DNA of 64,000 bases from Nitrospirota bacterium. Its GTDB lineage: Bacteria; Nitrospirota; UBA9217. Location: positions 192,001-256,000 of the forward strand of contig CAVTRN010000002.1 in the NCBI GenBank assembly GCA_963737155.1, in the 5' to 3' direction. How positions within the stretch are numbered: position 1 is the first letter of the stretch; every line of letters starts with the position of its first letter. Of the stretch, positions 49,406 to 59,974 are shown in pieces. The notes beneath the pieces are model-generated. The model was not told where the DNA came from and ran no database searches. It saw only the letters and a program-made list of their open reading frames with translations. The translations under genes and the position numbers were made by a program.

Positions 49406-50626
49406 CTATTGACGAACCTCAACGCGGCCAATCATGTACGAATGAATCGAGCAGAAGTACTCGTAACTCCCCGACCGGTCAAACATCCGATTGAATGATT
49501 TACCGGGAAAGATTGTATCGGAGCCTGCGGTGCCATCCTTGAACGCAATTGCGTGAGGACTGCCGTCGTTATTAGCCCATGTGACACTCTCGCCAGGGGA
49601 GATGGTGATGACCTGCGGTATAAACGCAAAATTCTCGATCGACACTGTGGCACCGGCGGTCAGTGGCTGCACGACTACCTTACGCGGCTGGTTGCCGACG
49701 GGAATTGTGATGGTCTTGCCGCTCGCGATGTCAACAATTGAAAGAGTGTTTGATCCTTCATTCGTTACATAAGCGATTTTTCCGTCGCCAGACACGGCAA
49801 GCCAATGGGGCTGATCGCCCACCTTGATGCTGCGGACCGCCTTATTCGTACCGGGGTCAAACAAAAAAAGCTCTCCTGGTCCCTGCACGATTGCCATGCC
49901 GTACAGTGCGTTGCGGGGGTGGTTTACGTAATGAGGTGACACCCCGGTAGGTATCTCGGCGACAATCGTATTCGATGCGGGATCAAGCACATCGATTACA
50001 TTTGCGCCTGCCTTGGTGAAGTAAACTGCCTTGCCATCAGACGCATATTCAAGGTCACGGGGCGTCTTATCGACAGCGATGGTGCGTACTACCTGGCGCG
50101 CATCGAGGTCAATCACAGCAACAGCGGACTTACCAGGCACCTGCGATGATATGTAAGCCATTTTGCCGTCGGGGCTGACCCCTATGGTATGCGGCTTCCC
50201 CACCATCACGGTGGCCACGACAGCCTGTTTCGCGGTATCGATGAACGCGATTTTATCTTCGCCGTTGACCGCGACCAGCAACAAATCCCTGCCTGGCACA
50301 AGGGTAACTCCATGCGGCGACTTGCCAACCTCAATCGTTTTCGTAACGTAATCCGAAGAGGTGTCAATAATGCTTATTATCGAGGAACCATCGCTGCTGA
50401 CATAAAGCCATCGTCCATCCGGACTTATGGCCATGCCATGGGGGCCTGTGGCTATCGGTATGGTCGCGATGACGACATCCGCAACTGTATCGACCACGCT
50501 CACTGTATTATCCTTAAAGTTCCCGACATAGGCCTTGGGACCAGCAGCTGCGACACCGCAAACCAAAACGAACGCCAGTACTGATAGCAGCATACGGGTC
50601 ATTTTGAATCTTACCATGGGAGACAT
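49406..50626 (-). CDS. secreted YVTN beta-propeller fused to a type-1 copper cupredoxin
   Basis: Repeats ending VGxxPH, YVTN; C-terminal FAFIP...PHAI...CSIHSYM. Confidence 0.9.
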   Translation of the reverse strand: MSPMVRFKMTRMLLSVLAFVLVCGVAAAGPKAYVGNFKDNTVSVVDTVADVVIATIPIATGPHGMAISPDGRWLYVSSDGSSIISIIDTSSDYVTKTIEVGKSPHGVTLVPGRDLLLVAVNGEDKIAFIDTAKQAVVATVMVGKPHTIGVSPDGKMAYISSQVPGKSAVAVIDLDARQVVRTIAVDKTPRDLEYASDGKAVYFTKAGANVIDVLDPASNTIVAEIPTGVSPHYVNHPRNALYGMAIVQGPGELFLFDPGTNKAVRSIKVGDQPHWLAVSGDGKIAYVTNEGSNTLSIVDIASGKTITIPVGNQPRKVVVQPLTAGATVSIENFAFIPQVITISPGESVTWANNDGSPHAIAFKDGTAGSDTIFPGKSFNRMFDRSGSYEYFCSIHSYMIGRVEVRQ

Positions 50627-51020
50627 ATATAATCCCTCCTTTCTGAAGCTCGCATTGTTAGTAAGGGAAAGCGAAGAAGACATCCGTCCTTGAGTATCTC
50701 AAGAATTCGACAAGTCTTATTATTGAAAGGTTGTTTATTCTTGCAACTAAGCTTAATTATAGTATAGCACCGTGGTATAATCATTGTGTTTCTAGACAAA
50801 AGAATCGTTTTCAGTATTAAAAAGTTGTTGAGATGCAGATTTATGATAAAAAAAGGCTTAGATATTCTTGATAAAGTGATAATGGCTCGACGGTTAAAAA
50901 GATAGAGAGTCTTTTGAAAAGGGACCAGAAGGCACTCTTGCATTATTTCGATGCATTCGTAAAGAAGTACATTAGGTAATCTTAAAATCCATTACTTATT
51001 TCTCGAGATCAAGCGCAGGC

Positions 51021-51390
51021 TTAACCGGAGTCAGCCACGAGAATACAACAGCCACAATGAGCAGTGCTGGCACATCGCCATAGATGTCCACGATGTTCCG
51101 GATAAACGAGTGCCTGGATTCCTATAATACATCCATGCACGATACTGGACCAGACGACGAACCATAGAAGGCTGAAATGTTCGAAGGTGTTTATTGGCCG
51201 CAATGATCAAGAATACATCGAGTGTCGCATAAATCACGATTATCATCTGCAGGTAGAGCGAAGGATCTTCCGTGTGGCATGCCCATCCTGAAGGCCAAAT
51301 AATCGTAAGGGGATAAAGACCGACGACACAAAATGCACCTGTTACAACTAACGCAATTTACAAAAACCTGAGTTGAACGGATTGTTCCAT
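51021..51390 (-). pseudogene. small membrane protein (DUF6632-like) with a stop and frameshifts
   Basis: MEQSVQLRFL*IALV...YPLTIIWPSGW...MIIVIYATL / WSSIVHG...HRGHL spread over different frames. Confidence 0.65.
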
Positions 51391-51614
51391 ATCCTAAGCC
51401 TCCTTCAGTTAAGGCTGGTTTGATTTCCGTTCTCCTCTCGCGAAGGGTTTGGATTTATCGAGAACTATTTAGATACAGGCACGGGCATGAAGATTTGCCA
51501 ACGTTTTCGAATGAGGATATTAAGTATAGATGCTATTGGATTGGGTTTGATAAATGAAGCGTTGCTAAAAAAATGGAAACTTTAATAATTTAGGAATAAC
51601 GTTGCACTACAACT

Positions 51615-51699
51615 TATAAACGATATTCTTCACCAATGTCGCTCCGACCCGCGTTTTTATCGCATCGGCATCGAGCTGCGGTGAGTGTCGGCGTCTCAC
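51615..51699 (+). other. degenerate attC-like site
   Basis: TATAAAC-5nt-TCTTCACC...GGTGAGT-6nt-GTCTCAC (GTT changed to GTC). Confidence 0.45.
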
Positions 51700-51776
51700 A
51701 GACACTCTGAACATATTGTTCCTTGTGGTCAAGAAGCTTTTCGTGGTCGTTACGTTTACGCGACACACAATTCCCT

Positions 51777-52847
51777 CTAATAAAGTCTCTTCCCTGAGAA
51801 CGCGTCGAACAGCACTGCCCGGTCCGTTACAAGCCTGACAGAGGCCTTGCTGTGCGGTGCAAGACCCTCTTCCTGCAGGACGACCCCCCTGATTTTTTCC
51901 CCTTTGCAAAGGACATCCACCCAGGCGAACGCCCCCGCGGGTTCGATGGCCGATATGATGACTTCCAGACCATCCGCCTGCTTCCCTGCCGTCACCTGCA
52001 CGTCCTCAGGCCGGATGCCGAGGATGACTTCACTGCCCGCGGGCCGTTGTATGGTTTGCAGGGCGAGCGCGTGCCCCAGACATTCGATCGTCAGCGGCTC
52101 TGCGCCCCGCACCCTGCAGCGCAGGAAATTCATCGGTGGGCTTCCGATGAACCCGGCCACGAAGGTGTTCGTCGGCCTCCTGTAGACCTCTCGAGGCTGG
52201 TCGTACTGCTGGACCTCTCCGTTGTGCAGGACCGCAAGCCTGTCCGAAAGACCCAGGGCCTCGGCCTGGTCATGGGTCACGTACACGGTTGTGATCCCCA
52301 ACGCTTGGTGCAGCCTCTTCAGTTCCATGCGCATGTCTCCACGGAGTTGGGCGTCCAGGTTTGAGAGCGGCTCGTCCATCAGGAAAATTTTCGGTTTCCG
52401 TATGATCGCCCGTCCGAGTGCCACCCGTTGTCGCTGGCCGCCCGAAAGCTGTCTCGGTTTATTTTCGAGTAGGTCGGACAATCCGAGCAGAGCCGCTACG
52501 CGGTCGACCTCGGCCTTGACAACGTCTTTCCGTTCTTTTTTCATCGTGAGCGGAAAGGCAATGTTCGCATACGCCGTCATGTGGGGGTAGAGCGCGTAGC
52601 TCTGGAACACCATCGCCACATCGCGTTCTTTGGGCGACAGATCGTTCACCGGCTTGTCGTCGAATAAGATCGTTCCTTCAGTGGGCGCTTCGAGTCCCGC
52701 GATCATATTGAGGATGGTCGATTTCCCACACCCGCTTGGTCCGACAAACGTGAAGAACTCGCCGTCTTCAATGGTAAGGTCGAGTGCTTTTATCACGGTG
52801 GTCACACCGAAACTCTTCGTTATGTTATTAAGCCGAATCCGCGTCAT
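51777..52847 (-). CDS. sugar ABC transporter ATPase (MalK/UgpC-like)
   Basis: GPSGCGKS, LSGGQRQR, DEPLSNLD, TOBE-like tail. Confidence 0.95.
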   Translation of the reverse strand: MTRIRLNNITKSFGVTTVIKALDLTIEDGEFFTFVGPSGCGKSTILNMIAGLEAPTEGTILFDDKPVNDLSPKERDVAMVFQSYALYPHMTAYANIAFPLTMKKERKDVVKAEVDRVAALLGLSDLLENKPRQLSGGQRQRVALGRAIIRKPKIFLMDEPLSNLDAQLRGDMRMELKRLHQALGITTVYVTHDQAEALGLSDRLAVLHNGEVQQYDQPREVYRRPTNTFVAGFIGSPPMNFLRCRVRGAEPLTIECLGHALALQTIQRPAGSEVILGIRPEDVQVTAGKQADGLEVIISAIEPAGAFAWVDVLCKGEKIRGVVLQEEGLAPHSKASVRLVTDRAVLFDAFSGKRLY

Positions 52848-52923
52848 AAAATTTATTCCCAATCCAAAATCATCAATTCCCGTTTTCGACTCAAAATCCG
52901 CAATCCGAAATCGACAATGGATA

Positions 52924-53736
52924 TCACCCCTTTACTGCCCCCGCCGTCAGGCCTTCGATAATACGCCGCTGGAACATGAATACGAGGAGTACGAGTGGGA
53001 CCGTGGCTACGACCGAGGCCGCCGCGATGTCCCCCCAGGGGACCTCGTGAATCCCGGGAAAGAGCGCCACGGCAACGGGGACGGTCCTCGAAGCCGGTGT
53101 GGCCGTAAAGGTAAGCGCAAAGAGAAACTCATTCCAGCAGAAGATGAAAACGAGAATTGCGGCTGTGATTACGCCAGGCGCTGCTAAGGGCAGCATGATT
53201 CTGACAAAGGACTGGAAGGGGCTGCACCCATCGACGCGAGAAGCGTGGTAGAGCTCATCGGGCACCTGACGAAAAAAATGGGTCAGGATCCAAACAGAAA
53301 GAGGGAGCGAGAAGGAAGTGTACGTGAGAATGAGCGCCCCCCACGTGTCGCGAAGCCCGAACGCACGAATGATAAGGTAGAGCGGGCTCACCGTAGCAAT
53401 GGGCGGGAACAGGGACGCCGATAGGACGAAAGCCATAATAAATTTTTCATACCGCACCGAAAGTTTCGCAAGACCGAAAGCGGCCAGCGACCCTACGCAG
53501 ACTGACAGCAGGGTGCTCAGCGACGCGACTACCGCACTATTGGCGATGATTCTCGGGAAGGCGGTGGAGGCGAACACTGCGCGGTAGTGGCCGAGTGTGG
53601 GATGGGAGGGAAAGAGCGGGGGCAACTGGGTGAGATCAATGTCGGGCTTGAGGCTCGTTACGATTTGCCACAGAAAGGGGCCGAGGCTCCAAAGCAGGAC
53701 TGCGATCAGCGTAATGCCGAACCAAGCGCGTTTCAC
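52924..53736 (-). CDS. carbohydrate ABC transporter permease (MalG-like)
   Basis: EAA-loop-like SRVDGC, WNEFLFAL, GLTAGAVKG. Confidence 0.95.
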   Translation of the reverse strand: MKRAWFGITLIAVLLWSLGPFLWQIVTSLKPDIDLTQLPPLFPSHPTLGHYRAVFASTAFPRIIANSAVVASLSTLLSVCVGSLAAFGLAKLSVRYEKFIMAFVLSASLFPPIATVSPLYLIIRAFGLRDTWGALILTYTSFSLPLSVWILTHFFRQVPDELYHASRVDGCSPFQSFVRIMLPLAAPGVITAAILVFIFCWNEFLFALTFTATPASRTVPVAVALFPGIHEVPWGDIAAASVVATVPLVLLVFMFQRRIIEGLTAGAVKG

Positions 53737-54584
53737 AGTTCCACCTCCCCTCGCAGCAGTGCGAGATACGCGACGGTGATAGCGCCGGTGCAGAGGAAGA
53801 CGATGACAGAAAGCGTGGAGCCGTAGCCGAACTGGAGCGTCTGGAAGAGGACCTTGTAGGCGTAGATGGAAAGCGTCTCCGTCGTATTGGCCGGGCCTCC
53901 CCCGGTCAGCACGTACACGGCGTCGAAGATGCGGAACGCATCCAGGGTGCGGAAGATAAGCGCCACAAGGACCACGGGCAGGAGCAGCGGCAATGTGATC
54001 CTCCTGAACAGCTGCCAGTCGCCTGCGCCGTCAATGCGCGCTGCCTGGTAGAGCTCGCGCGGGATCACCTTGAGCCCGGCCACAAGCAGGATCACCACAA
54101 ACGGTGTGGTTTTCCAGACGTCCATCACGATCGCTGCGTTCATGGCCCAGAACGGGCTTCCAAGCCAGTTGATCTTCACTCCTAAAAAATAGTTGAGAAT
54201 GCCGAAATCTGAATTATAGATCCACTCCCACATCCGGGCGGACACGACTGTAGGAACTGCCCAGGGCACAAGAACCATGGCCGTGACAAGTCCTTTGAAC
54301 CGGAAAGACCTGTTCAACAGCAAAGCGACAGAGAGGCCGAGCAGTAGCTCGAGCGACACCGAAACCACTGTGAAATAGACTGTGTTGCCGAAGGCGTTCC
54401 AGAACCGGTCGTCCGTGAGCAGAAAACGGTAATTGTCTAGTCCAATGAATTTCTTTATGTCAAAGATCAAAAGCCGCCGCTGAAAGCTTAGGTAAAGGAC
54501 CGACACTAGCGGGTAGATTGTAACAAGACTCAGCAAGACGACAGCCGGCAAAACGAATCGATTCCCTTTTTCCCGTCCCATCAT
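53733..54584 (-). CDS. carbohydrate ABC transporter permease (MalF-like)
   Basis: GLDNY, WKTTPF, AARIDGA, LTGGGP. Confidence 0.95.
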   Translation of the reverse strand: MMGREKGNRFVLPAVVLLSLVTIYPLVSVLYLSFQRRLLIFDIKKFIGLDNYRFLLTDDRFWNAFGNTVYFTVVSVSLELLLGLSVALLLNRSFRFKGLVTAMVLVPWAVPTVVSARMWEWIYNSDFGILNYFLGVKINWLGSPFWAMNAAIVMDVWKTTPFVVILLVAGLKVIPRELYQAARIDGAGDWQLFRRITLPLLLPVVLVALIFRTLDAFRIFDAVYVLTGGGPANTTETLSIYAYKVLFQTLQFGYGSTLSVIVFLCTGAITVAYLALLRGEVEL

Positions 54585-55882
54585 AGTCCGGCTCCCAGAA
54601 TGTGCTCGACCTGATTCTGGGCCGAAGCGAGCGCCGCATCGGGACTCTTGATGCCTGCAAGGGCAGCGCTGAACTCCGGTTGCAGTACCTGGGTAATCAT
54701 CAGGTAGTAGGGTGTTACGGGCCTCGGCCTCGCCGCCATGAATATGCGATAAAGCGAGGTGACGAAGGGCTGCTCGCGAAGAAGGTCCGCGTCCTTGTAC
54801 AGAGCCGTGCGCGTCGGTTTGTAGCCGGCCGTAATAGCCAGGTTCTTTTGGGCCGCAGGTGACGCAAGAAACCGGACGAGTTTTTCCGCTGCTTCAGGAT
54901 TTCGCGAATACCGGTTCACACCGAGCTGCCATCCGCCAAGAGTGGATGCACTCCGATGTCCCGGGAACGAAGGCAACGCCGAAATGCCAACCTTGCCGCG
55001 GACAGGCGAACCCTCACTGTTGAAGATGTTCCACGCATAAGGCCAATTGCGCATGAAGAGCGCCCTGTTGCCGCCGAAGAGGTTCCGCGCGGTTTCCTCC
55101 ATCGTAGTGGCCACGAGCGGTGGTGTAACCCCGTCCCGAGCTATCAGATCGCGCATGAACCGCAGGGCTTCGACATTCTGCGCGATGTCAATGGTCGGTT
55201 TGCCCTTTTCGAGTACCCCGCCTCCGTTGCTCCAGAAGAATTCGAGCACGTTGCAGACCAGCCCTTCGTACTGTTTGCCCTCCCAGATAAAACCGTATAG
55301 GCCCTTCTCGTGTGCTGTGATGTCCTGTGCAGTCTTCACGAGTTCCTGCCATGTCTTGGGAACAGGTTGGCCATACTTTTTCAGCAGGTCCATTCGATAA
55401 TACAAAAGACCTGCGTCGATGTACCAGGGAAGGGCGTAGAGTCTTTTATCGTAAGTTACGGCCTCGATCGGACCGGGAAAGAAAGCATGCTGCTCCCCTT
55501 CGGGGAGGACGTTCGTTACGTCTCGCAGCCATCCCGCGCGCGCGAATTCAGGAACCCAGATTACGTCCAGAGCTAAGACGTCGAAAGCCGCGCTTCTTCC
55601 TTCGAGGTTGATGACGTAGAACTGGTGTTGCTCGTCCGTGGACGCGGGAAGCGTTTCGTCCTGTACGCGAATTTCGGGGTTCTCTTGCTCAAAACGATCG
55701 AGGAGTCTCCGGAACTGCGCAGGATCTCCGGCAATCTTGCCGTGTTTGAAAACGACAGTCGTTGCTCCCCGCACTGCCGCATACTCACTTTCGCTGCGCT
55801 TGCAAGCCGCAAGCGAAAGAAGAACCGCGAGCAGGAAGACAGCTGGAAGGAGAACTCTTTTCAAATAATAATGATCTCGCAC
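54581..55882 (-). CDS. sugar (trehalose/maltose-like) ABC substrate-binding lipoprotein
   Basis: Lipobox LAAC; DVIWVPEFA, QYEGL, FMRNWPYAW, LGGWQLG; start estimated. Confidence 0.92.
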   Translation of the reverse strand: MRDHYYLKRVLLPAVFLLAVLLSLAACKRSESEYAAVRGATTVVFKHGKIAGDPAQFRRLLDRFEQENPEIRVQDETLPASTDEQHQFYVINLEGRSAAFDVLALDVIWVPEFARAGWLRDVTNVLPEGEQHAFFPGPIEAVTYDKRLYALPWYIDAGLLYYRMDLLKKYGQPVPKTWQELVKTAQDITAHEKGLYGFIWEGKQYEGLVCNVLEFFWSNGGGVLEKGKPTIDIAQNVEALRFMRDLIARDGVTPPLVATTMEETARNLFGGNRALFMRNWPYAWNIFNSEGSPVRGKVGISALPSFPGHRSASTLGGWQLGVNRYSRNPEAAEKLVRFLASPAAQKNLAITAGYKPTRTALYKDADLLREQPFVTSLYRIFMAARPRPVTPYYLMITQVLQPEFSAALAGIKSPDAALASAQNQVEHILGAGL

Positions 55883-56607
55883 ATGCTCATCCCCATGCAG
55901 GACAATGAGGCGTTCAAGGAACGTAAACCGCCAAATATTGGTCCAAAAACCGTACTTATATAATGAAATAGACATTCAGAGTGCTTTAAGATCCGGGGTC
56001 CCTTGAGGTAAAGGCTTATAAGGATGTACACGACACATATTGCCATCCCCAGCTACATGATGAGTGATATAGTATTGATTATAATTATTTAGCAACTGTA
56101 ATCTGCGCACAGACTGTTATCAGATAAGTTCAGTTTGCAGGGGCAGTTTTCGTCTATTAATTATTGAATAGGTTTAACCATGTACATAAAATATGTGCAT
56201 AGTAATGTTGCGTAATACCGAACTGGCTTATCTTTCTCAAATATATGCGAGATTCATGTCACTGTCAATGTCGGCCACCGGGAATTGTAACTGGTATCGA
56301 ATGGTTATATCGGACAGGACTTGTTTGTGTAGACGTTAACAGTTATGGGATATACATTGATGTGTTTCAAAGAAGAGTAACTTCATCAGATTCAGGATGT
56401 ACCTCGCGATACAGTTATAACCTGTATTCCCATCATGAACGCGCGGGTTCATGCGAAGCGGGTTGGAGTGGGAAGACTACTAGTTATTTGAGTAGGATCC
56501 AGGCTGCTATTCTTCCAAGCACGTTTTGCGGTTTGGCAAACAACGTGATACAATAGAAATACAATACGCAGGTGACCAACACGAACAGACATCAAAGGAG
56601 GTGCATC

Positions 56608-57045
56608 ATGGCAATACGTACCGCAGAAGCCCGATGGGAAGGAAATTTGAAGAAAGGCAAAGGCACCATAAAACTCGGGAGCGGTGTTTTTGTAGGAAAC
56701 TATTCTTTTGGCTCACGGTTCGAAAAAGTGCCGGGCACAAACCCCGAGGAACTGATCGGCGCTGCGCATGCGGGGTGCTTCAGCATGGCGCTTTCGATGA
56801 TCCTGGAGCTGGCAGGGTTCACGGCAGACAGTATCCAGACCACGGCACGGGTTTCCATCGACAAGGTGGGTGACGGCTTTAAAATTACCACTATCGAACT
56901 GGAAACTGAAGGTAGCGTTCCCGGTATCGATGAAAAAACGTTCAATGAAAAAGCTGAAGCTGCCAAGAAAGGATGCCCTGTGTCCATGGCCCTTGCGGGT
57001 GTCGAGATCACTTTGAAATCCAGGCTAGTGAAAAAGGCGGGATGA
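56608..57045 (+). CDS. osmC: OsmC peroxiredoxin (Cys form)
   Basis: GTNPEELIGAAHAGCFSMAL...GCPVS. Confidence 0.95.
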   Translation: MAIRTAEARWEGNLKKGKGTIKLGSGVFVGNYSFGSRFEKVPGTNPEELIGAAHAGCFSMALSMILELAGFTADSIQTTARVSIDKVGDGFKITTIELETEGSVPGIDEKTFNEKAEAAKKGCPVSMALAGVEITLKSRLVKKAG

Positions 57046-57294
57046 GGTTTGGTATTCAGGTATACATCACATGAGGTGACGCTCATGTTGTTCTATTTTG
57101 TTCGGCATATGAATGAAATATGAGGAAGAAGATAGGGCACGTGGGCTTCTGGGTTGAGAAACTTGCTCCCGAAGGCAGCAGGTCAATGTCCATTTCATAG
57201 ACTGCTATTGATTGCCATTATCGCTTCCGTCCCAGCAATATGGGCTCTCATGGGGGATATATAGGAACAGTGCCTCTTGAGTGTAGGGTCGGTC

Positions 57295-57855
57295 ATGGTG
57301 CATAAAATCAGTAATTCATTCTATAAACACGATGCGGAAACGCTTGCCCGGGATTTGATCGGAGCGATCCTCATACATCGAAGGCGAGACAGGATATACC
57401 GCGCCCGCATTGTTGAGACCGAAGCCTACATCGGCCCTCACGACCAGGCATCACACTCCTCGAAAGGGCGCACGAAGCGCACGGAAGTCATGTTCGGTCC
57501 CGCTGGCTGCGCCTACGTATACCTGATCTATGGAATGTACGAGATGTTCAACATCGTCGCGGGAAAAACAGGCAGTGGCCAGGCGGTGCTTATCCGGGCG
57601 GCCGAGCCCCTGGGTGACTGGGATGCCGACCTCTCGGGGCCGGGTAAGCTATCACGCGCACTCGGGATCACCCGTTCCATAAACGGCTTGGACCTGACCG
57701 GGAACAGACTGTATCTCGTGCAGGATCCTCAATACCAACCGCGGATCGGGAGGGCGAAACGGATTGGCATCGAGTATGCGGGGAAATGGAAGCACAGAAA
57801 GCTCCGTTTTTTTGATGCTGGGAGCGCGGCAGTGACCCATCGCCCAAGTGGCTAG
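57295..57855 (+). CDS. mpg: 3-methyladenine DNA glycosylase (MPG family)
   Basis: RIVETEAY, YVYLIYGMY, AVLIRA, GPGKL, RIGI. Confidence 0.95.
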   Translation: MVHKISNSFYKHDAETLARDLIGAILIHRRRDRIYRARIVETEAYIGPHDQASHSSKGRTKRTEVMFGPAGCAYVYLIYGMYEMFNIVAGKTGSGQAVLIRAAEPLGDWDADLSGPGKLSRALGITRSINGLDLTGNRLYLVQDPQYQPRIGRAKRIGIEYAGKWKHRKLRFFDAGSAAVTHRPSG

Positions 57856-58076
57856 ATGATCATCGGGAAGGCTACGAATCCGTGGTATCCTTTGTTTCGA
57901 ATGCAGGCTGGAACTTTACGTGATTCAAAGAATGGAGACTCTAACTCATACAGAAAAACAGCGCTGCTCCAACTTTCAATCGGCATTAGTCAATCATATT
58001 CTAATCTACTTGATCCAGAGTCCACCTACGAGTTCGTATGATGATGATATGTATCGATTGCCGGTAGAAATTTACA

Positions 58077-58142
58077 CTGGAACGCGGGCGGCAAGCCGGC
58101 GCAGCGCACCAGAGCAAGATCGGCTCTACCGCCTTGTTGTGC
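58077..58142 (-). other. attC site
   Basis: GCACAAC-5nt-GGTAGAGCC...GGCTTGCC-6nt-GTTCCAG; complementary GTTGTGC at 58729-58723. Confidence 0.75.
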
Positions 58143-58223
58143 GTCTTAATTTCTTAGGTTTTTTAGTTTATTTTAGTTTTTAACCTACTCGACCCCTCGA
58201 GTCAGCGAGAAGAAACTATAGCT

Positions 58224-58643
58224 TCATGTCTTTTTACTTTTGTGTACTTTCGCTCGAGTACCCGCAGGCGCTATCTTCTTCAATTTGGCACGATTGTAAT
58301 CAACAGCGGCACGGACGAGATTTTTTAAAGCACGCTCATTAATCTTATCGCCCACGAAAAAATCGATCGCTCGTCTCGCGTTGCCTTCGAGGCCCGCGTT
58401 GAAGAGCTTGTCAGGATCCGGGAGGCTCGCCCCGTGGGCAAAGGTAAGCTTCACCTTCTCTTTGTGGGCGTTGGCGACCGCGATTATTCCGTCGTGAGAC
58501 CACACTGGGCTTCCCATCCACTTCCATTCCTCGATTATCTCCCGGTCGGCCTCAAGGATGCTCTTGCGGATGCTGGCGAACGTTTTGCCACGCCAGTCTG
58601 TGAGTTCAGCGATCAGCTTGTCAATACGTTCCGATGGATTCAT
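58224..58643 (-). CDS. DUF1801 (YdhG-like) protein (cassette gene)
   Basis: EEWKWMGSPVW...FAHGASLPDP.KLFN. Confidence 0.9.
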   Translation of the reverse strand: MNPSERIDKLIAELTDWRGKTFASIRKSILEADREIIEEWKWMGSPVWSHDGIIAVANAHKEKVKLTFAHGASLPDPDKLFNAGLEGNARRAIDFFVGDKINERALKNLVRAAVDYNRAKLKKIAPAGTRAKVHKSKKT

Positions 58644-58985
58644 AGGATTCTTTATGCCTTCCTTTTCAGTTTTTTATTATCGAAGTAGCTTTCAGATTAT
58701 TCTTTTTCTTTGCCTTTGGGCAGCACAACAATTGATTGAGTAGTTTTCGGTATTATAGCAAAATTTGATTTCAGGGGGCACATGCATTATTACATGCTTA
58801 AAAAAATTTCAAATATAACAAACTGATGCAATTCGCTCAACATTCAAATATTAATGCTTGAGGACTTTTCGGTCAAATCCTATGACACTTATCCGCCGTG
58901 CTGTTTTCGAGATGAAGTATGGATTATTGTGAAGAAGGCAACTCCAATGATACAGGAAGTCATATTGCCCTGCGGTTAATGGTAC

Positions 58986-59573
58986 TTAATTAAAGAACGG
59001 CAACTTAAAGATCAAGAGATACCCGTTCAGCATCAATAGCGTGCCGAGTGATGCGGAAACAAGTGCAAAATAAAATATCTGGCGAGAGGCAGCTAGTATC
59101 GAGATTGATGCCATGACAATGGATATCTGCAGCAAAACCTCGGCATAGTCGAAATAGGGGTCCTTGCTGAGGTACTTATCCCGCTCTGCCTCAAGATGTT
59201 TGGCCTCATCTTCTATTATTTTCTTCTCCTCACCATATCGCGCTTCTTCCGCGTGCATGTCTCTGAGCATTGCCTCATATCGCTTTTTTGCCTCCGGTTT
59301 CATTCCCGCGCCCCGCTCAAGAAGGTCCACTTCTATCCGTAGTCCGTTCGTTTTATAGAGATGTTCCCGCAGGACTTTTGATTGGTAAAAGGCCCACTGG
59401 TCCGAGGCCTGCTGTTGTGAAAGCAGCAGTTCTTTCATGGCATTGTTGCCGCCCAGCGAACTGATGGCGAGTAGCACTGCGAATATTGCCGTGGTCAATG
59501 CAACGTGTTTTGTAAACTTCTTTGCTTTGATTTCTTCGAGCTCTTCAAGATTGGGAAGTTCTACTTCAGCCAT
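58986..59573 (-). CDS. DUF4337 family membrane protein
   Basis: VALTTAIFAV, DQWAFYQSK, LLQISIVMAS. Confidence 0.88.
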   Translation of the reverse strand: MAEVELPNLEELEEIKAKKFTKHVALTTAIFAVLLAISSLGGNNAMKELLLSQQQASDQWAFYQSKVLREHLYKTNGLRIEVDLLERGAGMKPEAKKRYEAMLRDMHAEEARYGEEKKIIEDEAKHLEAERDKYLSKDPYFDYAEVLLQISIVMASISILAASRQIFYFALVSASLGTLLMLNGYLLIFKLPFFN

Positions 59574-59915
59574 GGGCTGTATCCTCTCTATTTAACTTAG
59601 GAAGTGAGTAAATTGAGGCGCACCTTTTTAACCCGACATATTCCCAAGATTTGCCGGCTTTCGCTTCGCCCTGCTCGACCTACAAATTACTGCAATTAAT
59701 TGAAATATTCAATAGTAGCATAGCAACCCCGGGTGCAGTAAACAGGAAAGAGTTGCCGACAGAAAACTTTTATCGCAAAATATTAATGATACAAATTGAA
59801 TTCTGCACCTGCAATATAATTATATGAAACTCGACTTCACCTGCAAGCTTGCATGCGTGTTGACTAAAATTCAATGCAAACTACTACGTGAGAAATGATA
59901 ATCCTATAAGGGGCA

Positions 59916-59974
59916 AATGAACGAGCGGCTGAAGCGCTGCTTTTGGCGTTTCGCCGTCGAACCGGTTGTTAGAA
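59916..59974 (-). other. degenerate attC-like site
   Basis: TTCTAAC-5nt-GTTCGACG...CTTCAGC-5nt-GTTCATT. Confidence 0.5.
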
